A stretch of 64,000 bases of DNA from Methanomassiliicoccaceae archaeon (lineage in GTDB: Archaea; Thermoplasmatota; Thermoplasmata; Methanomassiliicoccales; Methanomassiliicoccaceae). Below the pieces are notes generated by a model that was given only the letters and a program-made list of their open reading frames with translations, did no database searches and had not been told where the DNA came from. The DNA is taken from NCBI GenBank assembly GCA_040776945.1, contig JAXGZN010000002.1, positions 384,001 to 448,000 of the forward strand. Reading direction: 5' to 3'. Position 1 is the first letter of the stretch. Every line of letters starts with the position of its first letter. This document shows positions 30,387 through 40,003 of this stretch, piece by piece. The position numbers and the translations under genes are program-made.

Positions 30387-32036
30387 ATGAGGTCCAAGCT
30401 TAGGGTCGGACTGTTGCTGGACGGGGCCGTCGTGCCGTACTGGGCCGCCCGAACGATCGAAAGGATCGTCCGCTCCGGCTCGGCCGACATAGTCCTGGCG
30501 GTGGTGGACGGAGGCACTGAGAAGGACATCGACCCCATCAGGGCCACAGAGTCCTTCCTTTATGATACCTACATCTGGTTCGACCGCCGGAAGAACGGCA
30601 GGCGCTTGGACCCACTCGCCGCCGAGGACATCCCTCCGGACCTGGACAAGGCCTCCAGAGTATATCTGAGACGAACCACCGAGGCCCGCCGATTTCTTTC
30701 CGAGGAGGTTGTCCGCAAGATCCACGAGCGCGATCTGGACGTGATGATCGACATAGGCAACGTGACCCCCTTGGGAGAACTTTCGCGCTGCGCCCGCCAC
30801 GGCGTGTGGTCGTTCTCCCCAGGCGACGGCGTGAGATATGACTCCAGCTCCCCTGGCTTTTGGGAGATATTCCATCGGGAACCGGTCACCTGCGCTCATG
30901 TGCGGCGCATCGTGCGCGGTTCGACCTCCATCATCTACCTTTCAAGGTCGCATACGATCACCACGTCGGAGAAGAGGAACCGTGACCAGCTGTACCTCAA
31001 GGGGATCTCGTTCCTGCCTAGGCTCCTGGACATGCAATACGCTCTTGGGAAGGAACCCCTGCCCTCGCTGGATGTGGGAACGGTAACCGCTCAACCCTCG
31101 CTTCGCCGCAACGGGCCGGGCAACCTCGACATGATGTCCTATTATATCCGCAGGCTGCCTCGGGACGCCCGACTGCTGTCCGGAAGAGCGCTCTTTGAGG
31201 AGCGATGGGCGGTCCAGTACAGCCTGGACAGCAAGATCCCATCCAGTTATGACGGCTTTCATCAGCTGATGCCTCCGAAGCACACCTGGTGGGGGGACCC
31301 CCAGGCGGCGCAGCAGGACGATGATTATTACATCTTCATCGAGGAGCTCGCTCTGCCCCGCAGCCGCAACCACGCCCGCATCTCGGTCATCAAGCTCAAT
31401 GCCGACGGCGGCCACGAGGGGCCGGTCCCGGTCCTGGAACGTCCGTACCACTTGTCCTATCCCTTCGTCTTCGAGTGGAAGGGCTCGCACTACATGGTCC
31501 CGGAGTCCTCCAACAATCGGACCATCGAGCTGTACGAGGCCGAGGAGTTCCCGTACCGCTGGAGGTTCGTCAAGGACATCATGACCAACGTTGAGGCGGT
31601 GGACACCACCATCGTCCGCCGCCACGGACTGTGGTGGCTCTTCACCAACATGCGGGAGAACGAGGGCGGCCCGATCAACGACGAGCTGTTCCTCTTCCGC
31701 TCGGACGATCTGCTGGGGGACGACTGGGTCCCGCATCCTCTAAACCCCATCGTCACCGATGTCCGCTCCGCCCGTCCGGCCGGGCGGATATTCGAGATGG
31801 ACGGGGTGCTGTACCGTCCGTCCCAAGATTGCTCGAAATGCTATGGGTACGCGGTCAACATCAACCGCATCCAGGAGATGACCGAGGCGACATATAGAGA
31901 GTCCAGGACCGCATACCTGGAGCCTAAGGAGTTCCCCGGCGCCTCCCGGGTGCATACCTTCAGTCACATCCACGGCCTCACCGCAGTGGACACCTATATC
32001 GCAAGGCCGCGGTTCCTTCCTGAGCGTCCGAACTAG
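30387..32036 (+). CDS. fusion of a formyltransferase-like N-domain and a five-bladed beta-propeller (GH43/32-like, GINT1 N-terminal-like) domain
   Basis: GVWSFSPGD...PGFWEI...PVT; WWGDP...IFIEE; LERPYHLSYPFVF...YMVPES; W.PHPLNPI...ARPAG...RPSQDC..CYG. Confidence 0.75.
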   Translation: MRSKLRVGLLLDGAVVPYWAARTIERIVRSGSADIVLAVVDGGTEKDIDPIRATESFLYDTYIWFDRRKNGRRLDPLAAEDIPPDLDKASRVYLRRTTEARRFLSEEVVRKIHERDLDVMIDIGNVTPLGELSRCARHGVWSFSPGDGVRYDSSSPGFWEIFHREPVTCAHVRRIVRGSTSIIYLSRSHTITTSEKRNRDQLYLKGISFLPRLLDMQYALGKEPLPSLDVGTVTAQPSLRRNGPGNLDMMSYYIRRLPRDARLLSGRALFEERWAVQYSLDSKIPSSYDGFHQLMPPKHTWWGDPQAAQQDDDYYIFIEELALPRSRNHARISVIKLNADGGHEGPVPVLERPYHLSYPFVFEWKGSHYMVPESSNNRTIELYEAEEFPYRWRFVKDIMTNVEAVDTTIVRRHGLWWLFTNMRENEGGPINDELFLFRSDDLLGDDWVPHPLNPIVTDVRSARPAGRIFEMDGVLYRPSQDCSKCYGYAVNINRIQEMTEATYRESRTAYLEPKEFPGASRVHTFSHIHGLTAVDTYIARPRFLPERPN

Positions 32037-33190
32037 GCGCGCTCGATCATCCGATCGTAGGCCGAAGCGAGATCGGAGGCAAGCCGGTCCCACGAGTACC
32101 GCAGAGCGTGGGCGGCGATCTCGGCAGCATCCCACTCACGCTCCAGCGCCTCATCGATCGCCGCGGCGAGCGCCTCGGCGTCGCCCGGAGGGCAGAGCAG
32201 GCCCAAGCGGTCAGAGCAAATAACGTCCGGCACCCCGCCGACCTCCGTTCCGACGAACGGGCGGCCGCATCCCAGGCACTCGAACATCACCGTTGGGTTG
32301 CCCTCTCCAAGGCTTGGAAGGACGAACACGTCGGCGGCGCTCATCCACCGCGCGATGCCGGAGGAAGGGAACGGCTCGGTGACCAGCCTAACCACCTTCT
32401 CCAGCCCCAGCTGTCCTATCCGGTCCTGAAGCTGGCGCCGCAGCGAGCCGTCCCCCAGTATATAGAGCAAAATATCCTCGTGATGGCTGGCCACCTTGAC
32501 CATGGCCTCCATGAGATGTGCGTGGCCTTTTACCGGCTCGAGGTACCCTACGGTTACCAGGACCTTACTTCCCCTGGGCATGCCAAGCTCTTCCCTGGCA
32601 TCTCCCTTGTCCATGGGACGGAAGACCTTCGAGTCGAACCCGTTGGGGAGAGAGATGACCTCTGGACCCTCCCCCGCGATGCGGGTTATGGGGCCGATCC
32701 ATGAGGGCGAGGTGACGATGACCGTCCCCGACCGTCCTAGGGCCATACGGACCATGGACCGTACAAGGGGTGACGCTCTGTCGTAGAACTCAACGAACAT
32801 GCCGCCGTGGATGTGGAGCGCGACCTTGGAGCCGAGCCCATGCCGGGCCCACAGAACGTAAGGGATGTTCCGCAGGAAGCTGTAATAGGAAGAGGTATGG
32901 ACGTGCGTGATGTCCGCTCGGTCCCCCCTCGACCGAAGAACGAACCTGAGCGCCGCCGTTAGGTCCCTGATCGGCTGAACCACCGCGTTGGATGCGCCGA
33001 ACCCTCCGGTGCGGTGGACGGTCACCTCGAAGCCCTCGCTTGGGAGCCGCTCCATCATGTTGCGCACGAAGTTGGCGACCCCTCCGTTGGGTGGGGGAAG
33101 AGGCCCTATCATCACAACCCTGCCGCCCCTGTGCCGCTCAACATCGGCGGCCATTACCAAATCCCTCCCGTCCGCATAATCGACGCTCAC
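32033..33190 (-). CDS. GT4-family glycosyltransferase
   Basis: PPPNGGV, PNGFD, VGYLEPVKG, DVFVLPSLGEGNPTVMFECLGCG. Confidence 0.92.
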   Translation of the reverse strand: MSVDYADGRDLVMAADVERHRGGRVVMIGPLPPPNGGVANFVRNMMERLPSEGFEVTVHRTGGFGASNAVVQPIRDLTAALRFVLRSRGDRADITHVHTSSYYSFLRNIPYVLWARHGLGSKVALHIHGGMFVEFYDRASPLVRSMVRMALGRSGTVIVTSPSWIGPITRIAGEGPEVISLPNGFDSKVFRPMDKGDAREELGMPRGSKVLVTVGYLEPVKGHAHLMEAMVKVASHHEDILLYILGDGSLRRQLQDRIGQLGLEKVVRLVTEPFPSSGIARWMSAADVFVLPSLGEGNPTVMFECLGCGRPFVGTEVGGVPDVICSDRLGLLCPPGDAEALAAAIDEALEREWDAAEIAAHALRYSWDRLASDLASAYDRMIERA

Positions 33191-33229
33191 CGCTCGGAGG
33201 GCGTGTCCCTTCGGACCTTCCTCCGACGG

Positions 33230-34993
33230 TCATCCAGGCGACCTCGCGTAGACCTTGAAGTCGCCACCGATGTACACGTGATCGACCGTGGTCCCGTAGT
33301 TCAACAGGACGAAGTCCTGTGGACCGAACTTCCCGGTCTGCGCCCAGGTCCGGGAGTACGCCTGCTCCTCGTATTCCGTGATCACCAAATAGACGCTGCT
33401 CAGCCCGCTGGTGTTGGACCTCAGGAAGGAACCGAAGTGGGCGGAGGTCTCCCGGTCGTTGGTGTAGATGTCGTAGTCCGTCCGCTTGTACGCCGAACCG
33501 TATATCAGATCGGCGTACCTCCACGGGTTCGTCCGGACCGTGTAGAGAGTATAGTCAATTGCGTCCTTGTCGGTGACCAACCAGTTCGATCCGGTCACTT
33601 CCGAACGGCTGATCGAGCCGTTGGGGAAAACAGTGTTGGGATCCTGATATGCCGTGAACACGGTGGACACCAGGGCAAAGACGATCACCACGGACACCAC
33701 GCGGGCGAGGGCCGTCCTCCCGGTGGTCCTGAGGACGTACAGCGCGTAACCCACCAGGGGTACGGTGAATATGACTATGAAGTTCAGATTGATCAGGCGG
33801 AACGGGTTGTGGGCATAGGTCATGAAGACGATGGCCATGAGGTACGCTCCGCCCACCAGGAACAGCCCCACCACCAGGGTCATGGGGTGCGTCCTCCAAC
33901 CCCGCCTGAATATCATGACGGCCGCCACCATCCCCATCAGGACGAACGCCAGGTCATCGGCCACGCACATGAGGACCGATCGTATGGTGGACAGGATGCC
34001 CATCCTGGACGCTTGGGACGACGCGCTGCCGAAGGTGGTGAAACCATCAGCAAAGCCGAGGAGCTGCTCCACGATGTTGCGCAGGTCCTTGACGAGCAGC
34101 GCGTGGAAGACTATCCAGCCGAAAAGGAGCACGAAGCCGTAGGCGATCATGTATGGGGAGATCGACCTGATCCTCCTCTTGGTGACGAGATCGTTGATCA
34201 GGACGACCCCCAGGAACAGCAGGACGGTCATCGCCACCAGGGGGTGGCCGATCACGAAGAATACGATGAACAGGGCCACCAGGCCCTTGTACCTGGCATC
34301 GCCGTCCATGCTCTTCCAGAGGATGAAGAAGAAGAGGGGAAGCATGAGGACGCACAGAGTCTCGTTGAACAGAGTGGGGATGAACCAAGCGAAGAAGATG
34401 GGCATGGAGGCCAGCATCGTGGAGGTTACGAACATCGGCCGCGATATGATCGTCCGGGCCCAGCACAGGATGCCGACGGTGTAGGCGGAGAAGAAAAGGG
34501 CCGGAAGGAACTGTGACATGGCGATCATGCCCTGCCCTGCCGCCTCGCCGGCCATGGACATGATGATGGAGGCGAACGGGTAGAAATTGAAGGACGGGAA
34601 ATGGCCCAAGTTGACGATGTCCTTGGCGTATCCCACGTAGGACAGGGAGTCCGTCCTCTCCAGATAGATGAAGCCCTTGTACACGTACAGGGTCATGAGC
34701 ACGAAGTTGGAGAGTATTATCTGGAACAGGCCTACGGACCAGAGGCGGGACCTCGTACCATAATAGGTGTAGAAGAGCAGGATGCCAGTGAGTTGGCAGA
34801 AGACGATGGAGAGCCAGAAGATCAAGGGCGTGCTGTTGTAGATCGAATACTCGTATCCCTTCATGGGATCAGAGTAGACGGCCAGTACAGCGATGGTCAG
34901 GGCCAGGAACCCCAGCGAGGAGATGAGGACGACGTACCGTTGCAGCCTGCGGTTCTCTGATATCTCCCTCATGGTCTCGAAGGTACCGGCCAT
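33230..34993 (-). CDS. polytopic membrane protein, putative GT-C-fold glycosyltransferase or polymerase
   Basis: About 12-13 TM segments; loop RTDSLSYVGYAKDIVNLGHFPSFNFYP; C-terminal soluble domain; polysaccharide-locus context. Confidence 0.55.
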   Translation of the reverse strand: MAGTFETMREISENRRLQRYVVLISSLGFLALTIAVLAVYSDPMKGYEYSIYNSTPLIFWLSIVFCQLTGILLFYTYYGTRSRLWSVGLFQIILSNFVLMTLYVYKGFIYLERTDSLSYVGYAKDIVNLGHFPSFNFYPFASIIMSMAGEAAGQGMIAMSQFLPALFFSAYTVGILCWARTIISRPMFVTSTMLASMPIFFAWFIPTLFNETLCVLMLPLFFFILWKSMDGDARYKGLVALFIVFFVIGHPLVAMTVLLFLGVVLINDLVTKRRIRSISPYMIAYGFVLLFGWIVFHALLVKDLRNIVEQLLGFADGFTTFGSASSQASRMGILSTIRSVLMCVADDLAFVLMGMVAAVMIFRRGWRTHPMTLVVGLFLVGGAYLMAIVFMTYAHNPFRLINLNFIVIFTVPLVGYALYVLRTTGRTALARVVSVVIVFALVSTVFTAYQDPNTVFPNGSISRSEVTGSNWLVTDKDAIDYTLYTVRTNPWRYADLIYGSAYKRTDYDIYTNDRETSAHFGSFLRSNTSGLSSVYLVITEYEEQAYSRTWAQTGKFGPQDFVLLNYGTTVDHVYIGGDFKVYARSPG

Positions 34994-35097
34994 CGCTCTC
35001 CGGCCCCAAGATAGGATAGGACCTATTTATGTCAGTCATGATAATATTATCAGGCCGGTAATGAACCGTAAGAACTTAGCGGCGCGGTCCTCCGACA

Positions 35098-35925
35098 TCA
35101 TATCACATCGGCGAGCCGGCGCTCGTATGCCTTGAAGTAGAGCAGGCCTAGGAAGAACACGACCATCGTCAGGGGTATGGACACCAGGAACATCCCGATG
35201 TCCAGGACGGAGTCGAATATGAACGCGCGCTGGGCCGACATTATCCCCGCCAGAGGGTTCAGCGGCAGGATCCATCGAAGGCTCTCGTTCTGCACCCAGG
35301 ACGAAGGATAGAGGACCGGGGTTGCGTAGAGCAGTATGGTGATGAAGAACGGGACGATGTACTGGACATCGCGGTACTTGGCAGCCATGGCCGACATGAG
35401 GAACGACAGGCCGCACGATAACAGGAACGTAAGCACCAGGGGTATGATCGTCAGGGGCAGGAGGACGGACAGTGACTCACCGGTTAACAGCACGATGCCG
35501 AAGAACAGGCCCCATGCTATGGCATAGTCCAGGAGGGCGGCGATGACCAAGCTCAGAGGCAGCAGAATGCGGGGAAAGTACACCTTGGTCACCATGGCGA
35601 CGTTGGTGATCAGGCTCATCGACGCTCCGTTAAGGCCTGTGGAAAAGAAGGTCCACAGCATGAGACCAGCGTAGAGGAACGGGATCGGCTTCACGCCGCC
35701 GGTGCTCAGTCCGGCGACCTCGTAGAAGATGACCGCGAAGATGATGGTGGTCAGCATCGGCTGCAGGACGGCCCACCCGACCCCGATAGCGGTCTGCTTG
35801 TACTTGGTCTGGATCTGCTTCAAGGTCAGGAAGTACAGCAGCTCGCGGTAGTCCCAGACCTCCTTTAGGCCAAGCTCCCACCGGGAGGCCTTGGGGCGGA
35901 TGATCTTTTCCTTGACGGCAGCCAT
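35098..35925 (-). CDS. wzm: polysaccharide ABC exporter permease
   Basis: YRELLYFL...KYKQTAIGVGWAVLQP, KVYFPR, KYRDVQYI...ATPVLYP, LNPLAG. Confidence 0.92.
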   Translation of the reverse strand: MAAVKEKIIRPKASRWELGLKEVWDYRELLYFLTLKQIQTKYKQTAIGVGWAVLQPMLTTIIFAVIFYEVAGLSTGGVKPIPFLYAGLMLWTFFSTGLNGASMSLITNVAMVTKVYFPRILLPLSLVIAALLDYAIAWGLFFGIVLLTGESLSVLLPLTIIPLVLTFLLSCGLSFLMSAMAAKYRDVQYIVPFFITILLYATPVLYPSSWVQNESLRWILPLNPLAGIMSAQRAFIFDSVLDIGMFLVSIPLTMVVFFLGLLYFKAYERRLADVI

Positions 35926-36032
35926 CGATGTCCCTGTTCGAGAACCCACAAATGCGAGGCATCTATATATCGTTGGGTTCCCCGGAAGGCTTAGAGCAAT
36001 CATAATTAGCTCGCTGCGCCTCTTTCACTGAC

Positions 36033-36449
36033 ATGCCCCTAGGAGACCCCATGGGCGGGGAGACCCCGGAGACCGATAGAGGTAAGCTGCTGAGTATCGC
36101 GCAGGTGTGGGTGCCGGTCAGCGACCTGCCCCGGGCCGTGGAGGTGTACATCAAGGTGTTCGGCCTGGTCCTGGTCGCCACGGACGTGGAGAACGGGTTC
36201 GTGAGGCTGGGGACGAAGGACGCAGGCCCGGAGTTGGTCCTGCATATGCCGAGAGCGGGGGGCGAGGAGCCGGGCATACGCACCGGAATAACATTCATGA
36301 CCGACTCCATCTACGACTTCCACAAGGTCATGGTCGATGAGGCGGTCGACTTCACGCTGAAGCCGATGCGGGACCCCTCCGGCCGCCTGGTGGCCAGGTT
36401 CACTGACGAGGACGGGAACGAGTTCGAGGTCATGGAGGCCGCCAAGTAG
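36033..36449 (+). CDS. VOC (glyoxalase/bleomycin resistance) family protein
   Basis: VPVSDLPRAVEVYIKVFGL...FTDEDGNEFEV. Confidence 0.85.
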   Translation: MPLGDPMGGETPETDRGKLLSIAQVWVPVSDLPRAVEVYIKVFGLVLVATDVENGFVRLGTKDAGPELVLHMPRAGGEEPGIRTGITFMTDSIYDFHKVMVDEAVDFTLKPMRDPSGRLVARFTDEDGNEFEVMEAAK

Positions 36450-36456
36450 AGCGGGG

Positions 36457-39168
36457 CTAGGGCCTTGAGCGGTACCGTTGGGCGACAAGGAACACGATGG
36501 CCGCGGCCGCCCCAGTGATCCCCAGAACGGCGATCATAAGGACGGTGGTGGGATCGGAGAGCAATCCCCCTCCCGCCGCCGTCGTGCTTGACTTGCCCAA
36601 AGGCGTGAAGCTCTGGGCCACCTTGTCGAAGATCTGCGCGTAGGCCGGATACGCCTCCTCCGGCGACTCGCAGGTGAAGAGCCAGTACTGGTGTTTCCCT
36701 TCGTCCACTATGTAGAATATCTCCTGCACCAGAGACATGTCGCTGAGCAGGTCGGTCCATTTGATGGAGAACACCAGAGCAGTGTGGTTGGAGATGCTCA
36801 GTATCCTCGGCTCCTCATAAAGTGAGGCCTCGATGCCCTTGGCCTCCAGCTCAGGGAGGAACTTGCTCTGGACCAGGCCAATCAGCCAGGCGCGGTCATC
36901 CCGCACGGCAGGATCGGTGCCGTTCTGCAGCAGGATGGTCACATGGTACTCGCCGACCTTGGGCCCGGTGAGCTTCAAGGAGATCCTCACATCGCCGCTG
37001 GGGAAATCCCTCTTGATCGTCCAGTTGTCTGGTATGATGAGCTGGTAATCGTTCAGCATGCGGTAGTAGGCGTAACCCTGGGTGGGCGGGGGTGTGTCCA
37101 CGGGGATAGTTCCCTGAGCGATGATGGCCACACCGGTGATCATATGCTCGAAGATGGGCCACACATCGATGAAGCTGACATCGGACGCGGAGCACTTGAT
37201 GAGCCAGCGATATCCGTTGGTCTCGTCAACGATAAGCGCGTAGGCCTCCTGGACCCCTGTGTCCGGCAGCCTGATCTTCCATACGCCGGCGGTGAGGTTG
37301 GAGATCGCAGTATAGTTGATGTCCCCGACCATCTCCGCCCTGTTGCCGGCCTCTATCGCGCTGGTCAGGACGGTCTGGGCATAGGTGTTGATGTAGGCCT
37401 GGTTCGCCCTCACCGAGGCATCGTGAGAGATGTCCACGAACACATTGGTGCTGATCCCGTTATGCGATGGCCCAGTAATGACCAGCTCCCATGTGGCGAG
37501 GTCCCGTTGTTCCACCCAGGCGGCCGGGGAAGGGATGCTGAAGTTCTCCCCGTAGGCGATGGTCCGGTAGGATACCGGAGGAGGGGCGTCCTCTACGACC
37601 TCGAAGGTCCACGACCCGGTGACGGAGAACCCGTCCACGGAGGCGTTGGCAGAGATGGTGTTAGAGCCGATGAGGTCGAGACCTGAGGGCAGGGTGGCCA
37701 CATATCTGGAGGAGTTGGCCGTGTCCGCGACGGCGATAACAGTGAGGTTGTTGACCTTTACCGTGATGGAGGTCTGGAAGGGCGGAGGCGCCGGCATGCC
37801 GACCCCAAGGACGACGCGGCTCGGGCTGACATTGGTGCTGCTGTCGGCCAGCGGTTCGATGAGGCTAAGCGCGGGCCGCAGGGCGGATGGGGCGGAGGAG
37901 CCACTGGTGTACGACCAGGTCCTTTTCACCGGGACCCCGCCCCAGTCGACCGAAACGGACACCTCGTGCGACCCCGCCGCAAGCGCGGATGTGAGGTTGA
38001 CCTGATACTCTCCGGGACCGATCTCAGCGACCGGATATGAAACGCCGTCTACCGACGCAGCCACGGGCGCTAGCGCCGAGGCCGGTTCATGGGCGATGCT
38101 GAAACGAACGTATCCCGGGGAATAGACGTAGGCCGATCCTTCCGCAGGGGAGATGGCCTCGATGCTCGGACCGACGTCGACGATCTGGAGGGGCGGCGCG
38201 ATCGCCACCTTGCGATCGTCCAAGGTCGGAGCTATAGGTCCTTCCCCGGCTGCCACGTACACCGTGGATATGAGGTCGGATAGATCGAACGCGCATATGG
38301 CCCCCGACCGGCCCTGGGGATATGTGCCTCCGGAGCTCATCGCGTAGACGATTCCGCCGCTTCTGGAGACCGTCACTCCGGAGACCGTTCCGACCGGCAG
38401 GTGCAGAACGCCCTCGAGCCCCATCGATGCCAGGGAGATGATCTGGACGTCAGCGCTGCCGGTAAGCGCGGCATAGATGCGGTCGGACCTTGGCTCGAAC
38501 TGCACGAGCTTGCCCGCCGGGAATGTGTAGCGCCCTATCTCCTCCAGGGCGGCCGAAGGTTCCGTGAGCAGGTGATATTTGACTATGGAGGGACCGCCGG
38601 GTCCCTCGATGCTGCCCGCCAGGAGGAAGTTCCTGGCGTCGTCGGCCCTCAGGATGGAGGGCGGGACGTCATCGGCGACCGTTGCGGTCCTGCCGCTCGA
38701 ACCGTACGCGTCGATCACGCTGCCGCTCTCGTAGGTGACGTAGATATGCTCCCCTGGGCCGAAGCAAAGGCTAAGGATGTTCCCGCCTTCGGAGGGGATG
38801 ATGGAGGCGATCGCAGGCGCGCCGTCCAATTGGTCAATGAGGAACAGCGAAGCGCCGCAGGCCACCGCCAGGAGGTCCCCGTCCGCGCTGATGTCCATGG
38901 ATGACACCAGCGAACCGTTCGCCCCGGTCAAGGCCACGCTCGACCTCGCTCCGCTCGTTTGATCGTGGACGGTCACCTCTGCATTTCCGCCGAAGTAGAC
39001 ATAGGGCAGGGATGGATGGGAGATCAGCTCTTGGTTGCCGTTCACCGGCTCGTCGTTGTCAAGCCTCGCTTCCGCCGGCGCGGTGGCCATGATGATCGGG
39101 GACAGTGAACATACCAGCAGGATAATGGCGATCGCGACACCTAACGGCCTATGACCATCAAGCGACAT
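36457..39168 (-). CDS. 903-aa surface protein: beta-propeller, two Ig-like domains, two PsbP-like domains and a C-terminal TM anchor
   Basis: Signal peptide; propeller-like repeats (MDISADGDLLAVA); repeated 'FSIPSPAAW' and 'YQLIIPDNW' ... 'FEHMITGV/FDKVAQSF' units; TM helix plus basic tail. Confidence 0.7.
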   Translation of the reverse strand: MSLDGHRPLGVAIAIILLVCSLSPIIMATAPAEARLDNDEPVNGNQELISHPSLPYVYFGGNAEVTVHDQTSGARSSVALTGANGSLVSSMDISADGDLLAVACGASLFLIDQLDGAPAIASIIPSEGGNILSLCFGPGEHIYVTYESGSVIDAYGSSGRTATVADDVPPSILRADDARNFLLAGSIEGPGGPSIVKYHLLTEPSAALEEIGRYTFPAGKLVQFEPRSDRIYAALTGSADVQIISLASMGLEGVLHLPVGTVSGVTVSRSGGIVYAMSSGGTYPQGRSGAICAFDLSDLISTVYVAAGEGPIAPTLDDRKVAIAPPLQIVDVGPSIEAISPAEGSAYVYSPGYVRFSIAHEPASALAPVAASVDGVSYPVAEIGPGEYQVNLTSALAAGSHEVSVSVDWGGVPVKRTWSYTSGSSAPSALRPALSLIEPLADSSTNVSPSRVVLGVGMPAPPPFQTSITVKVNNLTVIAVADTANSSRYVATLPSGLDLIGSNTISANASVDGFSVTGSWTFEVVEDAPPPVSYRTIAYGENFSIPSPAAWVEQRDLATWELVITGPSHNGISTNVFVDISHDASVRANQAYINTYAQTVLTSAIEAGNRAEMVGDINYTAISNLTAGVWKIRLPDTGVQEAYALIVDETNGYRWLIKCSASDVSFIDVWPIFEHMITGVAIIAQGTIPVDTPPPTQGYAYYRMLNDYQLIIPDNWTIKRDFPSGDVRISLKLTGPKVGEYHVTILLQNGTDPAVRDDRAWLIGLVQSKFLPELEAKGIEASLYEEPRILSISNHTALVFSIKWTDLLSDMSLVQEIFYIVDEGKHQYWLFTCESPEEAYPAYAQIFDKVAQSFTPLGKSSTTAAGGGLLSDPTTVLMIAVLGITGAAAAIVFLVAQRYRSRP

Positions 39169-39370
39169 GGGAACTCCTCATCGACGGAGCCCCTTGAGGA
39201 TATATGTTATTTGCTAACGGGGGAACAAGGTGATTGATCATGAACAGACGCCGCTGGACCGATGGAATGGATGAAGTCGGGGTCGCCAGAACCGCCTAGC
39301 GATAGCGCGCTGATCGGCGGTCTCGGGCCCTGGAGCGGCCAAAAAATGCGCGAGCGATGCGGCTTTACAA

Positions 39371-39817
39371 TCACTTGGACGTCATGCTCTCGATCTCACC
39401 GCTGGCGACGATGTCGCCCGCCGCGATGCTGAAGCATACTTCCCTGGTCAGGTTCATGGTCTGACCGTTCTTCCAGACTATGCTTATCTCGATGATCCCG
39501 TTGGAGACGTCGACGGCGAACGTCCGCATCGAAGAACTGTACATCGAGGCCTTCCCCCTGGTCGATGTCCTTATCTTCCCGGTCTCGGCGAGGAGCCCGA
39601 TCCCGGCCATCTTCTCGACCAACTTGTAGCAGGTGGCAAGAGGGATGGTGGTTATGGTCGAGATCTCTCTCACGGTGAGGTCCCTCCTGGCGGTCGCGGC
39701 CATGATGATGAGCACCGAGTTGTCCACCAAGGACTCGGCCAGCTCATCCCGATGAGCGTTTGCTGTCCTTATCGCCTCAAGGATGCAAAGTTCTTCCTGG
39801 TCTGCAGAAATTCTCAT
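39371..39817 (-). CDS. winged-helix (ArsR-like) transcriptional regulator
   Basis: LTVREISTITTIPLATCYKLVEKMAGIGLL helix-turn-helix. Confidence 0.8.
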   Translation of the reverse strand: MRISADQEELCILEAIRTANAHRDELAESLVDNSVLIIMAATARRDLTVREISTITTIPLATCYKLVEKMAGIGLLAETGKIRTSTRGKASMYSSSMRTFAVDVSNGIIEISIVWKNGQTMNLTREVCFSIAAGDIVASGEIESMTSK

Positions 39818-40003
39818 TAAAGAGTGCCTCCATTCTGATAATTCCGGAAGTATAGAGACTTTATTAATCTTTTTACGGTCATAACCTATTTCTCCAAGAT
39901 ATTGGAATGAGGCCAGTCGGTTAAAATATATCGGCAGGAGAGCGAATGCCGCATGAAAATCGATGTTTTTACAAAAAATAAGGGGTTTGGAGGCCAGGAG
40001 CCC

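Noticed and set aside
33014-34516. 500-aa plus-strand ORF rich in His/Asp/Glu
   Set aside because: Antisense shadow of a hydrophobic membrane-protein gene
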